A stretch of DNA of 32,000 nucleotides from Candidatus Saccharimonadota bacterium (GCA_049511795.1 JBEKXS010000001.1:90001-122000); one strand, 5' to 3'. Positions 7,975-16,300 are shown, counted from the stretch's first letter. Notes: generated by a model from the sequence alone, not told the origin. Numbers and translations are program-made.

Positions 7975-7998
7975 GGTTCTGTAAAGTTATCGGTTGGT
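7975..7998 (+). repeat. left terminal inverted repeat, GGTTCTGTAAAGTTATCGGTTGGT
   Basis: The reverse complement of 12967-12990 is GGTTCTGTCAAATCTTCGGTTGGT. 20/24 positions are identical, including the first 8. Confidence 0.8.
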
Positions 7999-8033
7999 AG
8001 AAAAGGTTAAAAGTTGGGATTCTTTAGAATTTT

Positions 8034-8216
8034 ATGGTTACGCCGAGCAGGGTTAGGATGAACAAATTAAGGCATAAGCACGGAATGATAGCCAAAGAAA
8101 AACAGGCAGAAAACGAAGAAAATAAGTCTTGGAGAGAAAGAAGTTCTAAATCAATATCTCAAGAAGAACATCAAGAAAGACTAAATAAACTGAAAGAAAT
8201 TGGATTATTAAAATGA
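8034..8216 (+). CDS. small basic/acidic hypothetical protein (60 aa)
   Basis: The ORF begins 36 nt inside the left inverted repeat. Its TGA overlaps the ATG of the next ORF (ATGA). Confidence 0.45.
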   Translation: MVTPSRVRMNKLRHKHGMIAKEKQAENEENKSWRERSSKSISQEEHQERLNKLKEIGLLK

Positions 8217-8851
8217 GTGAAAGTAAAGCAAAGGCAAAACTGAACGGAGATGTAATAAAACTACCCCTTAGTTTTTCTCAAGGCAGTATTAGGGTAGCAG
8301 ACAATAAAGGAAATCACTTTCAAAAACCAACACAGCAAATTATGGATAAGGAATTGTATATTGAATGGATGATAACTAATGATGAAATTAAATTGTTGTC
8401 AAAACTTATCCCCAAGAAAAATATAGGAGATTTGATAAAAGTGTTACAAAGAATAAATAAGTTTGCAGAAGCAACGAAATATTCTAAAAGAGAATCAGAT
8501 AGAGGAGAAAAAGTTATTGCTGAATTTGAGGGCTTTAAGATATATCATTATACAGATGATTTTAATTCTTTTGAGAAAGTTCTTGGTTCTACATTAAAAG
8601 TAAGATTAACATTTAAGTTAGGAGATTATGGTGTTACATCCCATCCTCATATGTATGTTCTTGTCCCATTCAATTTTAAGACATTAAAAATAAAAAATAT
8701 CTCTGGGAATGTTAAGATAGGAGAACCTCTTGGAAAAAAGTGTTTTGCAGAACTAAATTTGACAGAAGAAGAACTTAAAGAGATAATATTAACACTTGCT
8801 CACGCTTCAAGTAATCATAGAAATGATTTGATTAAAGTTCTTGAATCCTGA
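8213..8851 (+). CDS. hypothetical protein (212 aa), transposon cargo
   Basis: ORF translationally coupled to the 60-aa ORF. Its 3' end overlaps the convergent methyltransferase gene by 20 bp. Confidence 0.6.
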   Translation: MSESKAKAKLNGDVIKLPLSFSQGSIRVADNKGNHFQKPTQQIMDKELYIEWMITNDEIKLLSKLIPKKNIGDLIKVLQRINKFAEATKYSKRESDRGEKVIAEFEGFKIYHYTDDFNSFEKVLGSTLKVRLTFKLGDYGVTSHPHMYVLVPFNFKTLKIKNISGNVKIGEPLGKKCFAELNLTEEELKEIILTLAHASSNHRNDLIKVLES

Positions 8852-9968
8852 AATCCAAAACATCATTTTTCTTTATTGACTTACTGCCTACTCTATGGGT
8901 TATGTTTCTAAAATGTTCTAAATTCTTATTAAGGGCTTTACAAACAGATTCTTTTATCTTTTTATTGCTATTGAACTCATCTTTAAATTTAAAGACAAAA
9001 AACATATCATTCAAAACATCTTCTTTGACATTAATTAACCCTGATTTTCCCACGCTTACATTACCCACTCTTGTAACTGCAAGAGCATAATCCTTAACAT
9101 CTTTTTCTTTTGGTATTTCTTGGTGTTGTAAAATGTTAGCCCCTGAAATATTGTTTTTTGTATAATCTCTTTGATAATGGGCTTTTTCATTAGATAAGAA
9201 ATCAAATAAAGGTTTTCCTTCTTGATGGTTTTTTATTTTGTATAAAAATGTTTTTGGGATTAATTCTTCTGTTAGTAATAGATTTTTGTCTAAAACTTCT
9301 TTAACATTCTGTCCATCTTCATAAAGGATTATTATTTTATCTCTGAATTTATCTATATTTGTAAAGATAGCAAAACAGCAAGGTATAGGTTCTTCAACCA
9401 TATTCTTACTATTCTGATAAATTATTATTGTGCTAAATCTGTTTATGATTTCTTTCTTAACTTCTTTATTTTTCTTTGCTATGAAAAAGGAGATAGGCAA
9501 AACAAAAGCTATACTTGAATTTTCATCTTTAAGATGTTTTATAGATTTCAAAATAAAAGCATTTTCTATTTGAACTTTCTCTTTTTTCTTGAAGGATTCT
9601 GTTAAATAATCTTCATTATTCTTATACTTCTTTGGGAAAAAATAGCTGTCTTTGACATTATATTTTGTAAATGGTGGATTTCCTATAATCAAATCAAACT
9701 TTTTATCTAAATCAAACAAAAAGAAATCACAGGGCTTACTTGTCAGATTCTCATCTATTTCACACTCTTGAATATTGTTAAAACCCTGCTCTTGCATTCC
9801 CTTTACAAAGTTTCTTGTCCCTGCTGATGGTTCTAAAACATTTATATCTCTATTGTAATCTTTATATTCTAAAAGAAGTCTAATTACTCTATCAACAACA
9901 TTTCTTTTAGTGAAATATTGTCCCCAAACAAATTTCTTATCGCCCATATCTATTTTATGCTTTGACAT
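8832..9968 (-). CDS. N6-adenine DNA methyltransferase, gamma class (TaqI/Eco57I-like)
   Basis: 378 aa with motif order GQYFTKRN (X), VLEPSAGTRNF (I), LIIGNPPFTKY (IV), then a long variable C-terminal (target-recognition-like) half. Confidence 0.82.
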   Translation of the reverse strand: MSKHKIDMGDKKFVWGQYFTKRNVVDRVIRLLLEYKDYNRDINVLEPSAGTRNFVKGMQEQGFNNIQECEIDENLTSKPCDFFLFDLDKKFDLIIGNPPFTKYNVKDSYFFPKKYKNNEDYLTESFKKKEKVQIENAFILKSIKHLKDENSSIAFVLPISFFIAKKNKEVKKEIINRFSTIIIYQNSKNMVEEPIPCCFAIFTNIDKFRDKIIILYEDGQNVKEVLDKNLLLTEELIPKTFLYKIKNHQEGKPLFDFLSNEKAHYQRDYTKNNISGANILQHQEIPKEKDVKDYALAVTRVGNVSVGKSGLINVKEDVLNDMFFVFKFKDEFNSNKKIKESVCKALNKNLEHFRNITHRVGSKSIKKNDVLDFRIQEL

Positions 9969-9971
9969 TTT

Positions 9972-10874
9972 TTAACTCTTTTGACTTGCTAAGTATATCA
10001 AGTCAAGCCATTTATTTTTCCCAAGATTAAGATTAACCCCTGCTTGTTCAATAGGAGTTTTATTTATGCCTTGATGGATTCTTATAAAATTGTAATAAAC
10101 AACAAACAAAGACAAAATAGCTTCTGCACTTTCAGGGCTTTTGAAATTTCTCATAACCTTGATTCTTGCCCTGATAGTACCTTGTATTCTTTCTATTATG
10201 TTATTTCTTCTGTCTTCACTTGCTTTTAATCTTGTATAAACTTCTCTATCTAATTTTCTGTTTCTTGAACCCCAAACTTTTCTATATGCTTTCTTATAAG
10301 CAAAAGCTGAATCTGTGAATAATGATAATGGTTTATTCTGTGCTTTGAAGAAAAGCATTTTAGCACTCTTTGTATCTCTTTTTGTTGAGTAATGAGAAGA
10401 AACCAAAACTCTTGTTTCCTTATCTATCATATCCCAAAAATAATGCTGTTCATTCTTACATTTAACAAAAATCTCATCTGCGTGATAAATTCTTGAAAGA
10501 TTTAAGTCAAATTTTCTCTGAAAATCTTTTAACAATATAGCATATCTTCTTATCCAGTTTAGAACAGCTTGATGGCTTACTTGATAATCTGAAAACTGGT
10601 TAAAATGCTCTTTGACTTTTCTTAAACTCAACCCATTCATATAAAGAGAAACGCACTGGGTTATTACTTCTCTTTTGTGCTTTGTTTTGAAGAAACCATC
10701 ATCAACCACAAAACATTCAGAACAGGAATTACATTTCCATCTTTGCTTTTTTGTGGTATGGTTGAATCTGAAACCCCACTTAATAACTTCTTCAGATTTA
10801 CAATAAGGACAAACCTTCGGCTTGATAACCGAAACTAATTTATAGTTCTGTGTCTTCTGATTTTCGTTATTCAT
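9972..10874 (-). CDS. IS6-family DDE transposase with an N-terminal zinc ribbon
   Basis: 300 aa. CPYC..17 aa..CNSC, an HTH-like segment (LSLRKVKEHF...SHQAVLNWIRRY), then YHADEIFVK, LFTDSAFAYKKA and RRNNIIERIQGTIRARIKVMRNFKS. These line up with the DDE and GFKS regions of IS26 Tnp as I recall them. Confidence 0.88.
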   Translation of the reverse strand: MNNENQKTQNYKLVSVIKPKVCPYCKSEEVIKWGFRFNHTTKKQRWKCNSCSECFVVDDGFFKTKHKREVITQCVSLYMNGLSLRKVKEHFNQFSDYQVSHQAVLNWIRRYAILLKDFQRKFDLNLSRIYHADEIFVKCKNEQHYFWDMIDKETRVLVSSHYSTKRDTKSAKMLFFKAQNKPLSLFTDSAFAYKKAYRKVWGSRNRKLDREVYTRLKASEDRRNNIIERIQGTIRARIKVMRNFKSPESAEAILSLFVVYYNFIRIHQGINKTPIEQAGVNLNLGKNKWLDLIYLASQKS

Positions 10875-10889
10875 TTTGCGATGGGTAAC

Positions 10890-10905
10890 CTGCCCTTCGG
10901 GGCAG
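10890..10905. other. GC-rich 6-bp hairpin with a tetraloop in the transposase leader
   Basis: CTGCCC TTCG GGGCAG, 16-31 nt upstream of the transposase ATG (10874). Conspicuous in AT-rich DNA. Confidence 0.5.
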
Positions 10906-10973
10906 TCATATTTATTTGTATAAATATTAGATTAGTAAATAACTAATCTATTTAAATGTTTCTATGAGAAGTA

Positions 10974-11010
10974 ATTAGGCACTACAATTCACTATTATTA
11001 GGCACTACAA
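10974..11010. repeat. two perfect 14-bp direct repeats, ATTAGGCACTACAA, spaced 23 bp
   Basis: Copies at 10974-10987 and 10997-11010, spanning the stop of the 75-aa ORF and lying upstream of the transposase. Confidence 0.7.
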
Positions 11011-11209
11011 CAAGGGGAGAAAGTGTCATAAATATCTGTTCGGCAAAAATCTCGTCAGATTCTTTCCTTAATTTTTTATTAAGAAATTTATCAAGTTTTT
11101 TCTGATAGTTTGGAATATCTATGCCGTACTTTTTATCAAATTCATTAGTAAGTTCAATAATTTTTTCCCTCATTTCTACAACCTTCAAGTCATTTTCTTT
11201 CCAGTTCAT
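10982..11209 (-). CDS. hypothetical helical protein (75 aa), downstream partner of the AbrB-like ORF
   Basis: The ORF's ATG overlaps the TGA of the upstream 52-aa ORF (ATGA). Confidence 0.55.
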   Translation of the reverse strand: MNWKENDLKVVEMREKIIELTNEFDKKYGIDIPNYQKKLDKFLNKKLRKESDEIFAEQIFMTLSPLVVVPNNSEL

Positions 11210-11364
11210 TTTTTCTTTTTCTCCTTTTCTGTTTTCCTGATTTTTACTTCAAGAATATCTCCAAGTTCCAAGCCCAATTTTTCTATTGTTTCTATTGGAA
11301 TCGTAATTACTTTGGAACTACCCCCATCCCTGATTTTTGCGTCAAATTGGCTTTCAGTTTCCAT
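11206..11364 (-). CDS. AbrB/SpoVT-fold (MazE/VapB-like) small DNA-binding protein, 52 aa; not in the ORF track
   Basis: Hand translation: METESQFDAKIRDGGSSKVITIPIETIEKLGLELGDILEVKIRKTEKEKKKK. The core KVITIPIETIEKLGLELGDILEV matches the SpoVT/AbrB swapped-hairpin signature (vtIPkei.e.lgl..GD.lev). Confidence 0.65.
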   Translation of the reverse strand: METESQFDAKIRDGGSSKVITIPIETIEKLGLELGDILEVKIRKTEKEKKKK

Positions 11365-11468
11365 AATATATCTTAAACCTTTTTTAACAAGATTAAATAT
11401 ACATTTGACTATAAAAAACTTGTGTTTTTACAAAAGATTTAAAAGTAGTCATTTACTAACCTTTCTAT

Positions 11469-11729
11469 ATGGCAAAGGCAATACCAAAGTGGGTACAAGA
11501 AAGATTGTCAAGACTTTGGAAAAAATATGAGGGGAAAGACATAACATATGAAAATATAGAAAAAACTTTGACTATGGATGATAAAAATACAATAAATGCT
11601 TTTTTGAATGAACTCAAAACAGCAGGATGGATAGAAGTTAAATCAAATGAATCAGACGCAAGAAAGAAAATATATATTTTAAAATCTCCAAGCGTGGTTA
11701 TGTTGGAAATAAAAAAGGAAGAAAAATGA
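11469..11729 (+). CDS. winged-helix DNA-binding protein (86 aa)
   Basis: TINAFLNELKTAGWIEVKSNESDARKKIYILK resembles a recognition helix plus wing. The stop overlaps the next ATG (ATGA). Confidence 0.6.
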   Translation: MAKAIPKWVQERLSRLWKKYEGKDITYENIEKTLTMDDKNTINAFLNELKTAGWIEVKSNESDARKKIYILKSPSVVMLEIKKEEK

Positions 11730-12844
11730 TAATACACGATGTTATTACTGAGGCAGTTGATAAAGATTCAAGACTGGTTTTGAAAAGAATAAAAACTTCT
11801 GAAGGAGATTTTTCAAACAGAAAACTTGCTATTACAAACTTTATGTATAATTGTGAAAGGGACAGGATGAAATATGGACAACCATTATTTAATGGAATTT
11901 TCCAAACGTGTCATATCAGATTTGATAGGATTCTTAATGACTGGGATTATCTTGGGCTTGAAAACTCCAAAAAACACGCACAGAAAAACAATCGTATATT
12001 TTTGCCTTACAAACAAAGAAATGAAGAACAGCTATCCCAAATGAAATGGGAAAATTCTGTTAGCGATTTCAATACTATGGTTGGAAAGGTTGATAATGTT
12101 CCATTTGTCCTGCCTCTTTATGCAACCCTTAATGATTGGAAAAAATACAGGGCAAACGCTATTTCAATATTAAACCAAAATCAAACATTAATTCCTATAA
12201 TCTCATCAAAGCATAATGTTTCACATTTTCCAACAATAATAAAATATGAAAAAGGAAAAGATAATCTTATAGGGATAAATTCTTATGAATTGAGTGACAT
12301 AACAGAAAGAACAAACCTTTCATATTTGAGAGCAATAAACAGCGATACAAAAACAGGTGATAAAACTTCTTTATTTGTAAATTTCAATTATCCAAGAATC
12401 CTTACAAGATTATCAAATATCGCTGGTTCTTTTGCATTTACTTGCTTTGCAGGAGATATTTTTTCTGAAAGAGCAAGTTTCCCACAAGGAATGAAAAGAG
12501 AATCTGTTAATCTTATGTTTGACAGAAAGCCAGAAGAATATTCTTTTTATGATTCTAAAGAAAAGAAATTCAATAAATCCTTGCCTCAGAAAGAATGGTA
12601 TGGTGTTGATTTAACCAAAAGTTCTATGGCTAACGTTTCAGTTCTTCACGGATTAAGTGGTTATCAAGTAATAAAATGTTTAAGTCACATTAAACAACAA
12701 GATGATTTAGATTTAATTAATGCTTTAATATTGAATCAGCAAGATGTTTTGAAATTTATGAAAAATTATACTGGTTGGAGTGTATTCTTAGACAGAATGG
12801 TTATCCCATCTTCACAAACGCAACAAACCCTCTTAAAATTCTAA
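11726..12844 (+). CDS. hypothetical protein (372 aa), largest unknown cargo gene
   Basis: Long uninterrupted ORF coupled to the wHTH gene. No motif recognised. Confidence 0.7.
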   Translation: MIIHDVITEAVDKDSRLVLKRIKTSEGDFSNRKLAITNFMYNCERDRMKYGQPLFNGIFQTCHIRFDRILNDWDYLGLENSKKHAQKNNRIFLPYKQRNEEQLSQMKWENSVSDFNTMVGKVDNVPFVLPLYATLNDWKKYRANAISILNQNQTLIPIISSKHNVSHFPTIIKYEKGKDNLIGINSYELSDITERTNLSYLRAINSDTKTGDKTSLFVNFNYPRILTRLSNIAGSFAFTCFAGDIFSERASFPQGMKRESVNLMFDRKPEEYSFYDSKEKKFNKSLPQKEWYGVDLTKSSMANVSVLHGLSGYQVIKCLSHIKQQDDLDLINALILNQQDVLKFMKNYTGWSVFLDRMVIPSSQTQQTLLKF

Positions 12845-12868
12845 TAGTCACGTGACACAAGGAAAAAA

Positions 12869-12914
12869 CATTAAGGGGTTGCTTGTTCTTTCCAAGCAAG
12901 TAAATCCCTTAATG
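12869..12914 (+). terminator. long imperfect hairpin after the 372-aa gene, inside the transposon right end
   Basis: CATTAAGGG-G-TTGCTTG ttctttc CAAGCAA-gtaaat-CCCTTAATG, giving 9-bp and 7-bp stems. Preceded by the perfect 10-bp palindrome GTCACGTGAC (12847-12856). Confidence 0.4.
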
Positions 12915-12966
12915 CCTTCTTAAAAATATTAATTTTCCATTCCTTTTAAACTTTTATTCAATTTTC

Positions 12967-12990
12967 ACCAACCGAAGATTTGACAGAACC
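12967..12990 (-). repeat. right terminal inverted repeat
   Basis: See the left inverted repeat. Confidence 0.8.
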
Positions 12991-12999
12991 ACGGGACAG
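12991..12999. repeat. right copy of the target-site duplication, ACGGGACAG
   Basis: See the left copy. Confidence 0.8.
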
Positions 13000-13130
13000 A
13001 AACATTTTTAAACCAAATTTTGATATCTTTTATTATTGATGAGTTGTCAAAACTCTTCTGGAAAGTGCCTAAAACCCCCTGCCAGAAAAATTAAATTCAC
13101 CGTCGGTAACTGTCTAAAACTGCCAAAAAT

Positions 13131-13343
13131 ATGCATATTCTACAACCAAAACATACCAAACTAAAAGAGAAAGAGTCCCAGGAATTACTTGCAAAACTCA
13201 ATATTTCTAAAGCTCAGCTGCCAAAAATACTTTCAACAGACCCTGCATTGCCTGAAGAATGTGCTGTTGGCGATGTCATAAAGATAGAAAGGAAAGAGCA
13301 TGACAGCGATAAAACAACCCCATATTACAGAGTTGTTGTTTAA
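13131..13343 (+). CDS. rpoH: DNA-directed RNA polymerase subunit H (Rpo5)
   Basis: 70 aa: QPKHTKL..EKESQELL..QLPKI..DP..GDVIKIER......YYRVVV. Lies directly upstream of rpoB. Confidence 0.88.
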   Translation: MHILQPKHTKLKEKESQELLAKLNISKAQLPKILSTDPALPEECAVGDVIKIERKEHDSDKTTPYYRVVV

Positions 13344-13388
13344 AGAAAGTCCAAGCGAAATTAAGTAAAATTTGCATAAAAAGCCAAA

Positions 13389-16300
13389 ATGAAACCAGGA
13401 AAACACCTAATTGTGAAAAAGTATCTTGAAGAACACTCTCTGGTAGAAAGTAATATTATTTCTTTCAATAATTTCGTTGAAAAAAGAATGCAGGAAATCG
13501 TCGATGAAATTGCAGGAACAATAAACAACGAAGATTTTGAAATAACACTTGGAAAAATAGAAATTGGGAAACCAAAAGTCATAGAAGCTGACGGAAGTTC
13601 CTCGCTTATAACGCCTCAGGAAGCAAAATTAAGGGATTTAACATATGCTGCTCCTGTAAGCCTTGAATTGACAGTAAAAAAAGACGACCAAGTTGACTCA
13701 GAAACAGTTGAAATCGGAAAAATTCCTATAATGGTAAGGAGTAAATTCTGCAACACATATGGAATGACAAAAGATCAGCTTATAGAAACATATCACGACC
13801 CATTGGACCCTGGTGGATATTTTGTCATAAAGGGAAATGAGCGTGTCATGGTAATGGCAGAAGACCTTGCAGAAAACCAGCCATTTATAGAAGATAATTC
13901 AAAAGGAGATTTAACACTAAAATTGTTCTCATCAAAGGGAACTTACAGAATTCCTGTCCTTATTTCTGAAAACAAGGAAGGAATAATTGATGTTTCATTC
14001 AGCAAATTCAAAGATGTTCCTGCTGTCGTAATCCTTAAAGCTCTTGGACTGATAAAAGAGTCAGACATTGCAAAATACATCGGAAAGGAAACAGACGCCG
14101 TAATTGTCAATTTGTATGAATTTGCGCACATTGCAACAAAAGAAGATGCAATGCTTTACATTTCAGAGAAAACAAGCCTTCAAGGAACAAAGAAAGAAAT
14201 TCTTGACAGAGTTAAGCAGAGAATTGATTCATATCTTTTCCCACACATAGGGCAAAAGAAAGAAGACAGGATAAAAAAAGCTATAACTTTATGCAAGCTC
14301 ATAAAGCAATTCCTTATTTCAAAGGAAAATCCAAAATTAAGAACAGATAAGGACCATTATGCAAATAAAAGGGTCAGGCTTTCTGGAGACCTTCTTGCAA
14401 CTTTGTTCAGGGTTAATCTAGGAATTTTGATAAGAGATATCCAATACTCATTGCAAAAATCAGCGAAGAGAAAAAAATTCTTTTCAATAAAAATAATTGC
14501 AAAATCAACTCTCTTTTCGCATAGAGTAGAATCAGCAATTGCAACAGGAAGCTGGACAGGAGAAAGAAGCGGAATAACACAGAACATGGATAAGACAAAT
14601 TATCTTGCAACTATTTCACAGCTTCAGCGTGTTTCATCTATGCTTGCAAGTGACCAGGAAAATTTCGCTGCAAGAACATTGCATCCAACTCATTACGGAA
14701 GATTCTGCCCTATTGAAACTCCTGAAGGAACAGAAATCGGACTCAGAAAAAATCTTGCAATTCTCAGTAGAGTTTCAACAAGAACAGACCTTAGCGAGGA
14801 AAAATTCCTGAAAGACCTTTCTATTCATGGTCTTGAGGTTGAAGGAACAGACGGAACAGAAGTTTTCCTTAACGGTATTTTCATTGGGATGGTAAAAAAT
14901 CCAAAAGAGTTCACAATGGCAATAAGGGAAAAAAGAAGGAAAGGGGAATTGCCTATTGAAATGAACATAAGGCATGATGAAAATTTCCAGACAGTAAATG
15001 TTTACACAGAACCTGGAAGAGTTTTAAGACCCTTGATAATTGTCGACAATGGTGTTTCAAGATTGAAGAATGAGCACATGGTAAGAGTCGAAAGCAATGA
15101 AATAGGATGGAAAGACCTTTTAAGAGAAGGAGTTATTGAATATATAGATGCTGCAGAGGAAGAAGAAGCGCTTGTTGCATTGCATGAAGAAGAATTAACT
15201 CACGAGCACACTCACCTTGAAATTGACCCAACAGACTTGTTCGGTGTCATAACAAGCCTTGTTCCATATTCAAATCACGATCAAAGTTCCAGACTTAACA
15301 GAGGAAGTAAGACACAAAAACAGGCTCTTGGTCTTTATGCTGCAAATTATTTGACAAGGCTTGACACAGATGTTTCCATTCTTCAATATCCCCAAAAACC
15401 AATTGTAAGAAGTTTTGTTTATGATACATTGCAGGCATATCCTGCAGGACAAAATCTTGTCGTTGCTGTGATGACTCATGAAGGTTACAACATGGAAGAT
15501 GCACTTGTTTTCAACAAAGGTAGTCTTGATCGTGGAGTGGGAAGAAGTTTTTATTTTAGGCCTTACAGCGCTGTTGAAATGAATTATGCAGGTGGATTAA
15601 AAGATGAAATAGTCATTCCTGAAAAAGATTCTTCAGGTTACAGGACAGAGGAAAGCTACAAGCATCTTGAATCAGATGGAATTGTTTCTCCTGAAGCAGA
15701 AATTGACGAGGGAGAAGTCATGATTGGAAAAGTTTCTCCACCAAAATTCCTTTCAGAGGCAAGAGAAATTTCTGTAAGGACAAAGAAAGAGTCCAGTGTT
15801 GCAATGAAGCAGGAAGAAAAAGGAATTGTTGAAGGTGTTTTCATAACAGAAGACGACGATGGAAACAAAATTGTCCAGGTTAAAACAAGAGACCAAAGAA
15901 TTCCAGAGCTTGGAGACAAATTCGCAACATCTCACGGACAAAAAGGAGTTATTGGATTAATTGTTGATGAAGAAGATGTTCCATTCACTTCAAAAGGAAT
16001 AAGGCCAGATGTAATGTTTAATCCACATGGTCTTCCAAGCAGAATGACAGTTGGTTATCTTCTTGAATTGCTTGCAGGAAAAGTAGGATGTTTGAAGGGA
16101 GAAGTCATGGACGGAACAGCCTTCTCTGGAACAAGCAAAAAAGAACTTGAAGAAGCTTTGAAAGAGCTTGGATTCAGGTATGATGGAAAAGAAACAATGT
16201 ATTCTGGAATAACTGGAAAGAAAATGCAGACAAAAATCTTCGTCGGTAATTTATATTACTTGAAGCTTAAATATATGGTTGGAAATAAGCTTCATGGAAG

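Larger units (their letters stand above)
7975..12990. mobile_element. IS6-family transposon (5,016 bp) carrying cargo genes
   Basis: 24-bp terminal inverted repeats matching at 20/24 positions, flanked by a perfect 9-bp direct repeat. Contains a single IS6-like DDE transposase. Confidence 0.8.

Noticed and set aside
10826-10853. Partial resemblance to the terminal IR (AACCGAAACT...AGTTCTGTG) just inside the transposase 5' coding region. This would be a possible inner IR delimiting a ~1-kb IS.
   Set aside because: The two halves are in mutually inconsistent orientation relative to the real IR, and identity is low. The region also lies within the coding sequence after the ATG, and no matching partner exists near the transposase 3' end.
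11312-11737. ORFs 11312-11530 (+, 72 aa) and 11465-11737 (-, 90 aa).
   Set aside because: They overlap the AbrB-like ORF and the wHTH ORF respectively. Both of those have recognisable folds and ATGA coupling to their partners.
13030-13130. Possible box C/D sRNA (TGATGA at 13037-13042) between the transposon and rpoH.
   Set aside because: There is no CTGA D box at an appropriate distance and no terminal stem. A single hexamer in AT-rich DNA is not evidence.
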